Below, piece after piece: positions 18,119 through 28,138 of a stretch of 64,000 bases of DNA. Made by a program: the position numbers and the translations under genes. The stretch lies in the NCBI GenBank assembly GCA_964574365.1, contig CAZNND010000008.1, positions 7,121-71,120 on the forward strand. Reading direction: 5' to 3'. Source of the DNA: an uncultured Limnohabitans sp. GTDB lineage: Bacteria > Bacteroidota > Bacteroidia > Cytophagales > Cyclobacteriaceae. A model generated the notes under the pieces. It searched no databases. It had not been told where the DNA came from and worked only from the letters and a program-made list of their open reading frames with translations. Every line of letters starts with the position of its first letter. The stretch's first letter is position 1.

Positions 18119-19799
18119 AAAGGCTAGTTCAATTTTTTTCACTGTTCCTTTGGGCAATTTGTGTTCAAGCGCAAAGTATTCCTGTAGGTACGCCCTTATT
18201 TGAAGATTACCTCAGAAGATTACCGCTTACTGGTCAACTTGATTCTTCAAGTTCCTTGATGATTCGTCCTATTTTACCTGTCGAAGCCTTTAAATTAGAT
18301 CATGCCTTTGCATTGGACAGTTCTCTGAAGCAGGATTGGAATACATCCAGATTTTCTTTTATCTATGGAAAAATGGGGAGAAGAAAATTTGTTTTATTGC
18401 CCATCTCCTATAGATCTCAATACAATTCGGAATATGCTTTTGGAGGGAATGACGGGGTAATGATTCCAAACCGAGGATTGCAGCAAGTGGCAAGCCTTGG
18501 CTTGTATGCTGACCTATGGAAGTTTAGCATTCAATTGCAACCTGAATTTCTGACAGCTCAAAATCGGGATTATTTGGGATTCCCCATCGAGCATCAGGCC
18601 ACTATCCTTTTTTATTATGAATACATGAACAGGTTCGATATGCCTGAGCGTTTTGGAAATCAGCCTATCAAACGTCTTTTTCCAGGACAATCAAGTTTTC
18701 GATTAAATCTCAATAAAATTTCATTGGGCATTTCCACAGAGAATCTTTGGTGGGGACTGGGGAGATGAAATTCGCAGTTGCTCGGAAATAATGCGCCTGG
18801 CTTTTGGCATCTGACTTTAAATTCTAGAAGCCCTTTAAAAACATTCTTGGGATCTTTTGAGGGTCAAGTGATTGCCGGATATTTGACCTCCTCCAGTTAT
18901 TTGCCACCTTGGCCAGATTATTCCATTCAACAAAATCCGGTCCTTATGCATAAGCCAATAGATGGCAAAGATATATTTCTGGCCTTGTATTGACCTATCA
19001 ACCCCGCTGGATTCCTGGTCTTTTTCTGGGTTATGGTTCTATTAATCATATGTATCGTTCGGATTTGATCAATTTGCCAGACTATTTACCCGTGTATAAT
19101 GGTAGGAAAAAACCACAAAATGTCTATGATCCCGTTCAGGCTAAAGGTCAGCAATTTAGTTCTGGATTTTTTGTTGGTTAAGTCCTGAGGGTAAGTTTGA
19201 ATTCTACGGAGAATATGGAACACAGGATAATGACAGGCCCTTCACAGATTTTATTTCAACTCCAGAGTCAGGGAGAGCATTTACTTTTGGATTTGCTCAC
19301 CTGCTCGATTTGAAAAAGCCAAATCGATTTTTAGAGCTCAGTTCGGAAATTACACTTTCCGGTCAATTTATCCGTGAGGACATAAGGCAACTTCGAACCT
19401 GGTATATTCATGATCATGTGAGGCACGGCTATACCCATGAAGGGCAGGTATTGGGTATTGGAAATGGGCCTGGAAGCAACCTGATTTTTGTGGGATTAGC
19501 CTGGATTGAAGGATTAAAGAAGCTTAGGGATTCAATTGGAGAGAATTGAATACAATACTGATTTTTATTATTATCGGTACGAAACTTATAAAGATTTCCG
19601 AAATAAGTATGTGGATTTAGTTCTTTCTTTCGCTCTGGAGTGGAAGTTTGGAAATCTATTGTTATCGGGAAAATTTCAGTTTGTGTCAACTTTTAATTAC
19701 AAATGGTATCTGAAAAATGATCCTAGACGGTATTTTGTGCCCGGATATGACAGGAAGAATTTTGTTGGATCTCTAAACTTGGCTTATTTATTTAATTGA
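18115..19799 (+). pseudogene. capsule-assembly Wzi-like outer-membrane protein gene, disrupted (1 in-frame TGA, 3 frameshifts)
   Basis: Five consecutive same-strand fragments read as one protein: ...ENLWWGLGR*NSQLLGNNAPGFWHLTLNS... (TGA 18766-18768 is in frame). Frame changes occur near 18960-18990, at the T6 run near 19165-19170, and near 19520-19540. The Wzi assignment is from the N-terminal and LLxNNAPGF motifs only. Confidence 0.65.
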
Positions 19800-19837
19800 T
19801 AGTATTTTCCTCTTTATCATCTGTATTAGTGTGTAGG

Positions 19838-20623
19838 CTATTTTTTTTGAATCCTAAATTTTAAACCCTTGGGGAGGTACGAAGTGCCTATTTCTCTTAA
19901 AATAGTGATCCAAAGTGCCGTCCGATTGACTAGATTATGTTTCCAATTCCATGAAAGTGGTTTTTCATGGTATATTTTCTTCCTTAAAATTTGATCCGAG
20001 GTTAAAAAATATCCATAAAATCCCATCTTCATTTCAGAAATCAGGTCTAGTGAAAATTCTTTTTCCCCAAACGGATGTAAGGGTATTGGGAAAATTTTTT
20101 GAACTATTTTACTACGATGTAGTCCTTGATAGGTCGTCCACCAATAAATTTTCCTCTTAAGAATGATGGAGGTTCTTTCGAGGACATCAATTTTACCGGA
20201 AGCTTCTTTAAAAAAACAAGTGTTTGACAAATTTGGGTATAAATTTTCCATACCAGGTATGGCTAAAGTAGCTCCAGGGTTTTCTTCCAAAATGGCTACC
20301 AAACTTGAAATGTAATTCGGAAATGAATAATCATCGTGTGGATTTATAAAACAATAATCACTATTTCTTGAAGCTTCAATCCAAAGATTTTCTGAGGTTC
20401 TAAACCACCCTAATTTTTTTTATTTTTTTATTACCTTAAACCTCTGGTCCTTAACAGCAAATTTCTCACATATTTCAAATGTTCGATCAGAAGATGCATC
20501 ATCGCATATCTATATTTCAAAATTTGGATATTGTTGTGTAGCAAGGGCATTTAAAGTACTCTCAATGAAATTTGCCGCATAATATGCGGGGATAAAGCCG
20601 ATAACCTTGGGATAATCCTTCAC
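19838..20623 (-). pseudogene. family-2 glycosyltransferase gene with two in-frame stop codons
   Basis: My translation from GTG 20623: VKDYPKVIGFIPAYYAANFIESTLNALATQQYPNFEI*ICDDASSDRTFEICEKFAVKDQRFKVIKK*KKLGW...NPHDDYSF... TAG at 20510-20512 and TAA at 20420-20422. The rest is in frame with track ORF 19838-20302. Confidence 0.7.
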
Positions 20624-21028
20624 TACTAATTCAAATAAGTTGTTTAAGTTAACTCTTGATCAATTTTTTAAAATATGGGGAATTTATTGAATATATCGAT
20701 TATAGACTTTAACGAGTAAAACTAGTCCTATTTTGTAAGATTCGGAGAAGTTGCTAAAATAAAAAAGTCTTAGCTATGAAATTTTATTTGGAAAAAACAG
20801 GGAAGCTTTGGGTTAATGCCTTTCAAACTTTTTCCCACACAGCTTGCCCTTTTACGGCGGGTAAAAGTATGTGGTAAACTTTGTAATTGTGTCCTAATTC
20901 CCGCAGGGCTTACTAAAGTTCAAATGTGACCTAGTAGGGCTAATCAATCGCTTTGTTGGCAGAAATCTCTTTCATTTTTTTCTTTGCAAAAAGAAAAGAC
21001 CATTTTTGCAATCAATAATTGAAGGTGT

Positions 21029-21544
21029 ATGAAGGCTGAAAAAGATAAGGTAGTAGCTGTTTCCTATTCGTTGATGGTGGATGATGGAGAAAATGGGAAA
21101 GAACCATTTGAAAAAGTAGAAGAAAATAAGCCATTCTATTTCCTTTTTGGCTATCAGAATGTGCTGCCTTTATTTGAGCATGCTATCGAGGGAAAAAGTG
21201 TTGGTGATACATTTTCCGTATTTATTGACTTTGAAAATGGCTACGGGGACTATGATGAAAATAAAAAGGTAATCATTCCAAAAGCTAATTTTAAAGAAGA
21301 AGGGAAGAAAAATAAAGATCTTTTGAAGGTGGGCAGTGTAATTCCAATGCAAGATAACCAAGGCAATCAAATGCGTGGTGAAGTGCTAAAAGTGGATTAT
21401 TTGGGGGTTCACATGGACTTCAATCCGCCTTTGGCTGGATTTGACTTGTACTTTGAGGGTAAGGTAGTCGCTGTCCGAGATGCCGAACCGGTTGAAATTG
21501 AACATGGACATGCGCATGGTCCTGATGGGGGACATCATCATTAA
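21029..21544 (+). CDS. slyD: FKBP-type peptidyl-prolyl isomerase, SlyD-like with His-rich tail
   Basis: FKBP core with an inserted flap and C-terminal HGHAHGPDGGHHH. Confidence 0.8.
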   Translation: MKAEKDKVVAVSYSLMVDDGENGKEPFEKVEENKPFYFLFGYQNVLPLFEHAIEGKSVGDTFSVFIDFENGYGDYDENKKVIIPKANFKEEGKKNKDLLKVGSVIPMQDNQGNQMRGEVLKVDYLGVHMDFNPPLAGFDLYFEGKVVAVRDAEPVEIEHGHAHGPDGGHHH

Positions 21545-21719
21545 TAGGATCTAGGACACCTGAGAATACCGGGAAATTTCTTTGCTAGGTGATTAGGGAT
21601 TAAACATGAAATGAAAAACAGATTTTAAATTTCAAGTTCCTCAAATAGCTAAATTGTAACTGATTTTTGCGTAAAACGAATAATGGAATGCATAAGAAAC
21701 CTGAAGCTATCAGGAGAGT

Positions 21720-22553
21720 TTATTTCTTCTCAGTATGGTATCCATACGTTTTGTAAGCTAAATCTATACTTAATTCACGTAGGCCATCTATTCGCTCTGA
21801 GGGATATAAAACGTAGGCTTTGGAAAGTTGGTTTATAGCCACCCCGTAATTCTGTTGGTTAAAGTGGGTAATTGCATCATTGTAGTATTGCAATCCTGCT
21901 AATTCCAATAGATTTACCTTCCTGAAGATTGCGGTGGCAGACGGATCTTTAGCTTTTCCAGAAAGAGTCTTATTTAGCTCGGAAGGATTAGTTTCATTTT
22001 TAGGTAAATACGAACTTAAGTAGTTCTCAACTTCAGAAGAGCTGGTGATCATGCCTCCCACAGGGAGGGTACTTTCTAAAATAATAGTTTTTCCTGAAAC
22101 CAGTACTTGAATAAATACATGGTAGTCTGTCTCCAAAATGTCAAATTGAAATCCAAATTTATCCAAAAGCATTCCCAAAACTGCCGATCCGCTCACACAA
22201 TCATACTTGCCTGTGCTCAGTAGGGTAGTAAAGGAGGAATGTTGTTCGTATTTTTTAAAAAGCCTTTGATGGGACTTTTGAAAAATAGCCCTCAGTAGGG
22301 ACAGCTTATCCGGATTTTTTGAAGCTTTATCCGAAAGCTCTTCCACTAGATTCACCCATTTTTCATCTGAGATATCGGGGGTGACTTTTACAGCCTTGAA
22401 AAACTGATAGGGATCGGACTTACCTAAGGTCCAGATCTGTTTTTCTGTTTCGTTTTCAAAAGTAAGATTTCCGGAGTTAATCCAATTTTCCTGTGAATAG
22501 CCCTTTAAAATTATTGCCACCCAAAGAGAGACGACTAAAATTACCTTGCCCAT
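21720..22553 (-). CDS. secreted hypothetical protein (possible transglutaminase-like Cys/His core plus TPR-like C-terminus)
   Basis: Signal peptide. The GKYDCVSGSAVLGMLL...ETDYHVFIQV spacing is reminiscent of transglutaminase-like cysteine protease folds. Motif-level evidence only. Confidence 0.55.
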   Translation of the reverse strand: MGKVILVVSLWVAIILKGYSQENWINSGNLTFENETEKQIWTLGKSDPYQFFKAVKVTPDISDEKWVNLVEELSDKASKNPDKLSLLRAIFQKSHQRLFKKYEQHSSFTTLLSTGKYDCVSGSAVLGMLLDKFGFQFDILETDYHVFIQVLVSGKTIILESTLPVGGMITSSSEVENYLSSYLPKNETNPSELNKTLSGKAKDPSATAIFRKVNLLELAGLQYYNDAITHFNQQNYGVAINQLSKAYVLYPSERIDGLRELSIDLAYKTYGYHTEKK

Positions 22554-22657
22554 ACCCTGTTATGTGAGCATTAATTTTAATAAAAAAAATTAACAATTAC
22601 ATAACATTGAAAAAATTGAAAAATAAAAAAGTCAATTTCTAAGCCATCAACAGAAGT

Positions 22658-23131
22658 CTATTTGTGATGATAAGGCTCATTTTGTAGAATTGTAAAGGCA
22701 CGGTATGTCTGTTCTATAAAAAATGGGCGGATCATTTGATGTGAAAAAGTCATTTTTGAAAGGGAGATTTTACCATTTGCTCTAGCGTAAACTGCACCAG
22801 AAAAACCATAAGGGCCACCAATCACAAAAACCAATTGCCGAAGCCCCGAACTCATCTTTTTTTGGAGGTATTCGGAATATTCCACCGAAGTAAACATTTT
22901 CCCACGCTCGTCTAATAGAACCAATTCATCAGAAGATTGAAGTTTTTTCAAAATTAATTCTCCTTCTTTTTCCTTTTGAATGGATTCAGACAGTGATTTT
23001 GTGTTTTTTAAATCCGAAATAACTTCCAGTTCAAACCTAATGTAGTGATTAAGTCGATCTTCATATTCCAAAATAAGTTCTTGAATCGCTTTATGGTCTG
23101 TTTTTCCGATTACCAAAAGTTTGATTAGCAT
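22658..23131 (-). CDS. rlmH: 23S rRNA (pseudouridine1915-N3)-methyltransferase
   Basis: 157-aa SPOUT protein with FVIGGPYGFS and a C-terminal ...EPYHHK. Confidence 0.9.
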   Translation of the reverse strand: MLIKLLVIGKTDHKAIQELILEYEDRLNHYIRFELEVISDLKNTKSLSESIQKEKEGELILKKLQSSDELVLLDERGKMFTSVEYSEYLQKKMSSGLRQLVFVIGGPYGFSGAVYARANGKISLSKMTFSHQMIRPFFIEQTYRAFTILQNEPYHHK

Positions 23132-23604
23132 GTTGTAAATATCATAAAAGTGCGAATATTTTTTTGTTGAGTTTTTTGGAATTGATTTTTACTAAGTATC
23201 CGGAAACTTGTCAGAAGTCAAATTATATTTGGTTGCAGCTTCATTTAACCTTAGCGCTAAAAACAAGAAAAACCCGTTTAGAAAAACCAGAACAATTTCA
23301 ACGTTCACTCCAAAAGTTTACTCGTGTGATTTTTTTAACCATTTAGGAAATTAAGAAGGTTATGGAATCTTTTTGTGATAGAAAACCCGGTCCAAAAAGC
23401 AATTTTTCTAATTCAGTACTTCTTAAATCCCTTAATAGTGGAAGAGCTTTAAAAAATGTTGTCGATTCTGCTGAAAGATCAAACTGTTGAAAACCCAGTA
23501 TTAATCAAATAGGTAAAATTAAGATTCCACATGTTGACCTGCGTGTAAACGGATAATACTATTAAAAATCAAAGGAAAATAAGTTATTATAAGGTAGTGC
23601 AATT

Positions 23605-23660
23605 CTTTGCCTTGGTGGTTCAAAACTTTATCGGGTTTATTTCTACTGGCAAAAGGTGTA
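23605..23660 (-). repeat. solo family B core fragment
   Basis: Reverse complement reads TTTTGCCAGTAGAAATAAACCCGATAAAGTTTTGAACCACCAAGGCAAAG. Confidence 0.65.
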
Positions 23661-23702
23661 TTGGGTAATGGATTTTTTCTGTTGTAAATTATTTGGAAGT
23701 AA

Positions 23703-23762
23703 TTCCTAAAAAATTAATAAAATATTCCTAAAAAATTAATAAAATATTCCTAAAACATTAAC
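23703..23762 (+). repeat. 22-bp tandem repeat (2.7 units) upstream of the fasciclin gene
   Basis: TTCCTAAAAAATTAATAAAATA occurs twice perfectly, then TTCCTAAAACATTAAC. It ends 47 nt before ATG 23809. Confidence 0.9.
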
Positions 23763-23808
23763 TATAAATCAACTGTTGTATACCCATAAACCAAAATTAT
23801 TTATAACC

Positions 23809-24309
23809 ATGAAAAAAGTACTTTCTATTGTGATGGTGATGACACTTTTCTTCGCCTCTGCCTTTACACCAAAATCAACCTCCATTCATGAAGTTGATGC
23901 GGACATTGTTGATTTGGCGGTTTCCACTGAGTTTTTATCCACCCTAGTAGCCGCAGTAAAAGCCGGAGATCTTGTTGGGGTTCTTAAAGGTGACGGCCCT
24001 TTCACAGTATTTGCTCCTACGAATGAAGCGTTTGCCAAACTTCCTGCAGGCACTGTAGAGAATTTGCTTAAGCCAGAAAACAAAGCGCAACTAGTTGCAG
24101 TGTTGACTTACCACGTAGTACTTGGTAAAGTGATGTCTTCCGACCTTAAAAATGGTATGAAGGCTAAAACTGCTCAAGGCAGTGAAATTACAATTACGCT
24201 TAAGGATGGTAAAGCAATGGTAAACAACGCCACCGTAACAGCTGCTGATATCGTAGCAAGTAATGGAGTGGTACACGTGATTGACACGGTCATTCTCCCA
24301 AAAAACTAA
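23809..24309 (+). CDS. fasciclin (FAS1) domain protein, secreted
   Basis: Signal peptide [22 protein letters not shown]1 motifs [10 protein letters not shown] and [11 protein letters not shown]. The track ORF starts earlier at 23776. Confidence 0.85.
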   Translation: MKKVLSIVMVMTLFFASAFTPKSTSIHEVDADIVDLAVSTEFLSTLVAAVKAGDLVGVLKGDGPFTVFAPTNEAFAKLPAGTVENLLKPENKAQLVAVLTYHVVLGKVMSSDLKNGMKAKTAQGSEITITLKDGKAMVNNATVTAADIVASNGVVHVIDTVILPKN

Positions 24310-24324
24310 TTTGATTGACTAGAT

Positions 24325-24359
24325 AAAAAAAGCCCGCTTAGTTAGCGGGCTTCTTTTTT
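24325..24359. terminator. bidirectional rho-independent terminator between convergent genes
   Basis: A run, then AGCCCGCT-TAGTT-AGCGGGCT, then a T run. Confidence 0.75.
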
Positions 24360-24828
24360 AAAGGAGTTCTTTCCGTTTTAGAATGGTCTCCAGAAATTTT
24401 TTGTCATTGTCTGAATTGAATATCTTAAATGGTAAATGGATAAACTGGGCTTTAGAAAGATAGAGGACGAAGGCATCCTTTGTCAGTTCTACCCGCTTAA
24501 TCATGTTCCATTGCACTGGCATTCCTTCTCGAGCATTTATTTTCATCAAAATTTGTCTGCTGTCAATTTCATAGGCCATTTTTTGAAAAATAGGCTTATT
24601 CTGTTCCATCTGAGTCACACCGGTAAATTGAATCGCCCAAAACAGGACATACAAACCGTAAGCGATGATTGCCCCAATAATCCACCAAATCGAGGCAATC
24701 CAGAAATATCCACAACAAATAACAAGTGCGATTAAAATTACCCACCACTGCTCTTTCAAAATGGATTTCAATCCCATTTTGATGTATGTACCTGTTTGAA
24801 GCTGGTATTTCTTGGTTTTAATGATCAT
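24358..24828 (-). CDS. YcxB-like membrane protein (2 TM plus PH-like domain)
   Basis: Two adjacent TM helices (WWVILIALVICCGYFWIASIWWIIGAIIAYGLYVLFWAI) followed by a small soluble domain. The ATG at 24828 (MIIKTKKYQL) is preferred over the track start at 24921. Confidence 0.6.
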   Translation of the reverse strand: MIIKTKKYQLQTGTYIKMGLKSILKEQWWVILIALVICCGYFWIASIWWIIGAIIAYGLYVLFWAIQFTGVTQMEQNKPIFQKMAYEIDSRQILMKINAREGMPVQWNMIKRVELTKDAFVLYLSKAQFIHLPFKIFNSDNDKKFLETILKRKELL

Positions 24829-24977
24829 TGGTTCATATTTTGAGTCGGCAAATATCCACCTATCTCGGGGATTAAGCAAATAAACACCAATCCTTAATAT
24901 CCATTTAGTAAAACAAATCACCCGATACTATTGATAAAACAAGGCCATTCACTTACCTTTTCAAAAATTCTTTTGTT

Positions 24978-25205
24978 ATGAACAGCCTGGTGATAGATTT
25001 GATTGTCTGTGGACTTGCTTACGTAATTCTGGTTTATTTTATAACTGCAATCACAAAAAATACAATCAACAAGGGGAAAAGTAATAATGATGGAGACGGA
25101 GGCATAAAAAATAGTACACCACCTCAAATTGACCTTCCTCCTGGCGTGGTTTGGCCTTCAGATGCTCCAGTAAAATCACTTGAACCAGAATCAGAACTGG
25201 TTTAA
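24978..25205 (+). CDS. small single-TM hypothetical protein
   Basis: 75-aa ORF with an N-terminal TM helix and a Pro/Gly-rich tail. Its 3' end overlaps the fur-like gene's 3' end by 4 nt. Weak support. Confidence 0.3.
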   Translation: MNSLVIDLIVCGLAYVILVYFITAITKNTINKGKSNNDGDGGIKNSTPPQIDLPPGVVWPSDAPVKSLEPESELV

Positions 25206-25615
25206 TGACATTTCTCACAAACACCCTGAACCAACAGGCTCATTTCTTTTTTTTCAAAACCTTTAGGCAATTTGATTTGAGGTAAGGTAATATCCTCTAG
25301 ACATGTGGTTTCTCCACAACTTTCACATTTGAAATGTACATGCTCATGACTGTGTGAATGTTCGGTTTCCCTGTGCGTACACAAGGCATACTTAGTGGCA
25401 CCGCTATCGTCCAAAACTTTATGGATTAAATCTTTGTCCAAGAAAGTTTTTAATGTTCGATAAATAGTTACCCGGTCAAATTGGTTATTCAAGGTTTCCT
25501 CCAAGTCTGCATGCGAAAGTGCTATGTTTTTGCTCAAAAATTCTTGGATAATCTCAAGACGGCAATCGGTGATACGCAACTTATGGGTTTGCAATATGGA
25601 ATTGGGGCTGATCAT
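25202..25615 (-). CDS. Fur-family metal-responsive transcriptional regulator
   Basis: Winged-helix N-terminus (RVTIYRTLKTF), His-rich HSHSHEHVH and two CxxC pairs (CESCG, CEKCH). Confidence 0.85.
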   Translation of the reverse strand: MISPNSILQTHKLRITDCRLEIIQEFLSKNIALSHADLEETLNNQFDRVTIYRTLKTFLDKDLIHKVLDDSGATKYALCTHRETEHSHSHEHVHFKCESCGETTCLEDITLPQIKLPKGFEKKEMSLLVQGVCEKCH

Positions 25616-25952
25616 TTTGGTCTCCTGTTTAAGTTCAAATTAAAAGAATTGTCATTTAAAAAACCCATTTCATTAAAAAATCATTTGACATAATTCCCGA
25701 AAAGTCCCTTCAGTTAAAAAAAAAATCGCAGGCATACTTGTATCTCCTTCTATCCGATCCATTGTTGGAACACTAAAGTAACTCCTTATATACTTTTATG
25801 TATTGGATAATCGGGTATTTGATTATCCGCCTACTTACAAGTGGAGAAGTCTAAGCTCCATGACATTTGGAAAATAAAAAATATAGAGCTTCTTCGTTCT
25901 TATTTTTAGCGCAAATTAGTTGGCGAAACATGGCCTTAAATGAATATCCGGC

Positions 25953-26525
25953 TAAAACAAATAGCCAAATTAAATTTTGTTTGAGTTTTGATTCATGAAT
26001 CTATAACTTGCATATACGCTTTTTTGCCAGTAAAAAACAAAACCAATAAAATTTTGAACCACAAAGGATGAAAAGCTAAAGCTTTGATTTTGAAGGTGTA
26101 CAAATCAAAATTGAAAGTTTGGGTATGCGTTGAATTTCCCATCCCTTTGTTTAGTTTGGGTTCTTCCCATTGATCGATTTAAATCCTTAAACTCAAACAA
26201 AATTAAATTTGGCTACTGGCAAGATTCCGTATATCCAAAATCTATAAAATAAATAGCGCATAAAATTAGGAGAAGGATGGAAAATTCACCTTGCCCTAAA
26301 TCGCAGGTTTTAAATGTAACCCAATAGAATTCAAAGCTTTAACTTTTCCAGATCGTGAGCTTAAACCATGATTTCTGAGAAAAACGCTTTACAAATCCAG
26401 TTTGAGTCAAAGGAAAAATTAAAATCAAGGAAGGACCATTTTCAAAAAACTTTGTTTCCTTCGTGCACTTTGTGGTTCAAAATAGTATCGCCTTTATTTT
26501 CTACTGGCAAATACCTGTATATGCA
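25953..26525. repeat. family B elements in tail-to-tail (palindromic) arrangement
   Basis: A plus-orientation copy starts at GCATATACGCTTTTTTGCCAGTAAAAAAC (26010) and ends at TTTGGCTACTGGCAAGATTCCGTATATCC (26208-26236). A minus-orientation copy ends at 26525 (rc GCATATACAGGTATTTGCCAGTAGAAAATAAAGG...GAACCACAAAGTGCACGAAGGAAACAAAG). An extra right-end fragment lies at 25953-25990. Confidence 0.75.
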
Positions 26526-26662
26526 AACTATTTGATTTACAAACCTAATCATAGTTGGCTACTTATACACAAGCGGATATTTATAATCGGGTAAGTGAAT
26601 AAATCACTAGGCAAATCCTAGCGAAAGGGATAATTTTGAAATCTTAAGCAAAAAAAACAATC

Positions 26663-28051
26663 ATGTCTGTAGTTACATATATCTCTGAAAATAAAGATAG
26701 ATTCCTCAGCGAACTGCTCGATTTGCTGAGGATTCCTTCAGTAAGTGCTGATCCCAAATTCAAAACCGATGTCTTTGCGGCAGCGCAATTCGTCAAAGAA
26801 TCCCTTGAAAAAGCCGGAGCCGACGTAGCCGAAATCTGCGAAACAGCCGGATACCCAATTGTTTATGGTGAAAAAATTATCGATTCATCCTTGCCAACCG
26901 TCCTCGTGTACGGACATTATGATGTACAACCGGCAGATCCATATGAACTTTGGGACTCGCCGCCCTTCGAACCTGTTATCAAAAGTACCCCTAATCATCC
27001 CGAGGGAGCCATTTTTGCCCGGGGATCAGCCGATGATAAAGGCCAGTTCTACATGCACATTAAGGCCTTCGAAGCGATGATGGCTTCTGGCGAATTGCCT
27101 TGTAATGTCAAATTCATGATCGAAGGCGAGGAAGAAGTCGGTTCGGACAACTTGGACAAATTCGTTTTAGCCAACAAAGAGCGACTGAAGGCGGATGTGA
27201 TTTTGATTTCCGATACGCACATGATCAGCATGCAGGATCCTTCCATCACGGTAGGACTTCGCGGCATGGCTTACATGGAAGTGGAAGTGACAGGTTCCAA
27301 TCGCGACCTTCACTCGGGCACTTACGGCGGTGCCGTGGCTAACCCGATCAATGTGCTGTGCAAAATGATCGCATCCATGAAGGATGAAAACGATCACATC
27401 ACCATTCCGGGGTTTTATGAGAAAGTACAGGAACTGACTGCTCAGGATCGTCAGCGATTGAATGAGGCACCTTTTGACCTCGAAGAATATAAAGGAAAAC
27501 TCGATATCGAGGATGTCCATGGTGAAAATGGGTACACCACCATCGAACGAGTAGGTATCCGTCCGACCTTGGATGTTAACGGAATTTGGGGCGGTTACAT
27601 CGGAGAAGGAGCCAAGACCGTTCTTCCTTCAAAAGCCTATGCAAAAATCTCAATGAGATTGGTTCCTGATCAGGATTGGCATGAGATTGCGCAGCTTTTC
27701 GAAGCGCATTTTAAAGCGATCGCTCCAAAATCCGTCAAGGTAAAAGTTAAGGCTCATCATGGAGGAGCTCCTGCAGTAGTATCCGATTCTTCAATCGGTT
27801 ATCAGGCCGCTGAAGCGGCCATGGAGGAAACCTTTGGAAAAAGACCGATTCCAACCCGGGAAGGGGGTTCTATTCCTATTGTAGCTTTGTTCCAAAAAGA
27901 ATTGGGCAGTGATCCGATTTTGTTTGGCTTTGGTTTGGATACCGATGCGCTTCATTCACCCAATGAACATTATGGGGTGAAAAACTATTTTATTGGTATC
28001 GAGACCATCGCAGCTTTCTTCAGACACTTCAGAAGTCTGAGTGGAAAGTGA
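26663..28051 (+). CDS. M20-family dipeptidase
   Basis: 462 aa. YGHYDVQP, GRGSADDKG and MIEGEEEVGS metal-ligand motifs. Confidence 0.85.
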   Translation: MSVVTYISENKDRFLSELLDLLRIPSVSADPKFKTDVFAAAQFVKESLEKAGADVAEICETAGYPIVYGEKIIDSSLPTVLVYGHYDVQPADPYELWDSPPFEPVIKSTPNHPEGAIFARGSADDKGQFYMHIKAFEAMMASGELPCNVKFMIEGEEEVGSDNLDKFVLANKERLKADVILISDTHMISMQDPSITVGLRGMAYMEVEVTGSNRDLHSGTYGGAVANPINVLCKMIASMKDENDHITIPGFYEKVQELTAQDRQRLNEAPFDLEEYKGKLDIEDVHGENGYTTIERVGIRPTLDVNGIWGGYIGEGAKTVLPSKAYAKISMRLVPDQDWHEIAQLFEAHFKAIAPKSVKVKVKAHHGGAPAVVSDSSIGYQAAEAAMEETFGKRPIPTREGGSIPIVALFQKELGSDPILFGFGLDTDALHSPNEHYGVKNYFIGIETIAAFFRHFRSLSGK

Positions 28052-28138
28052 TCAGAGTCGCTAAAAGCCCTTTCCAAAGAGCTTAATTCGAACCTCAAGA
28101 CCTACATCCTTGTTTGCCAGAGTAAATCCAAACCTCGC

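Noticed and set aside
20640-21028. The ~390-bp leader upstream of slyD was examined for a riboswitch or small RNA (it contains a 33-codon ORF from 20777 and GC-richer patches).
   Set aside because: I could recognise no known riboswitch core motifs and no convincing conserved stem architecture by eye. It may simply be the remnant edge of the decayed polysaccharide locus.
23703-23762. Possible CRISPR array.
   Set aside because: There are only 2.7 directly abutting 22-bp units with no spacers, and there are no cas genes in the window.
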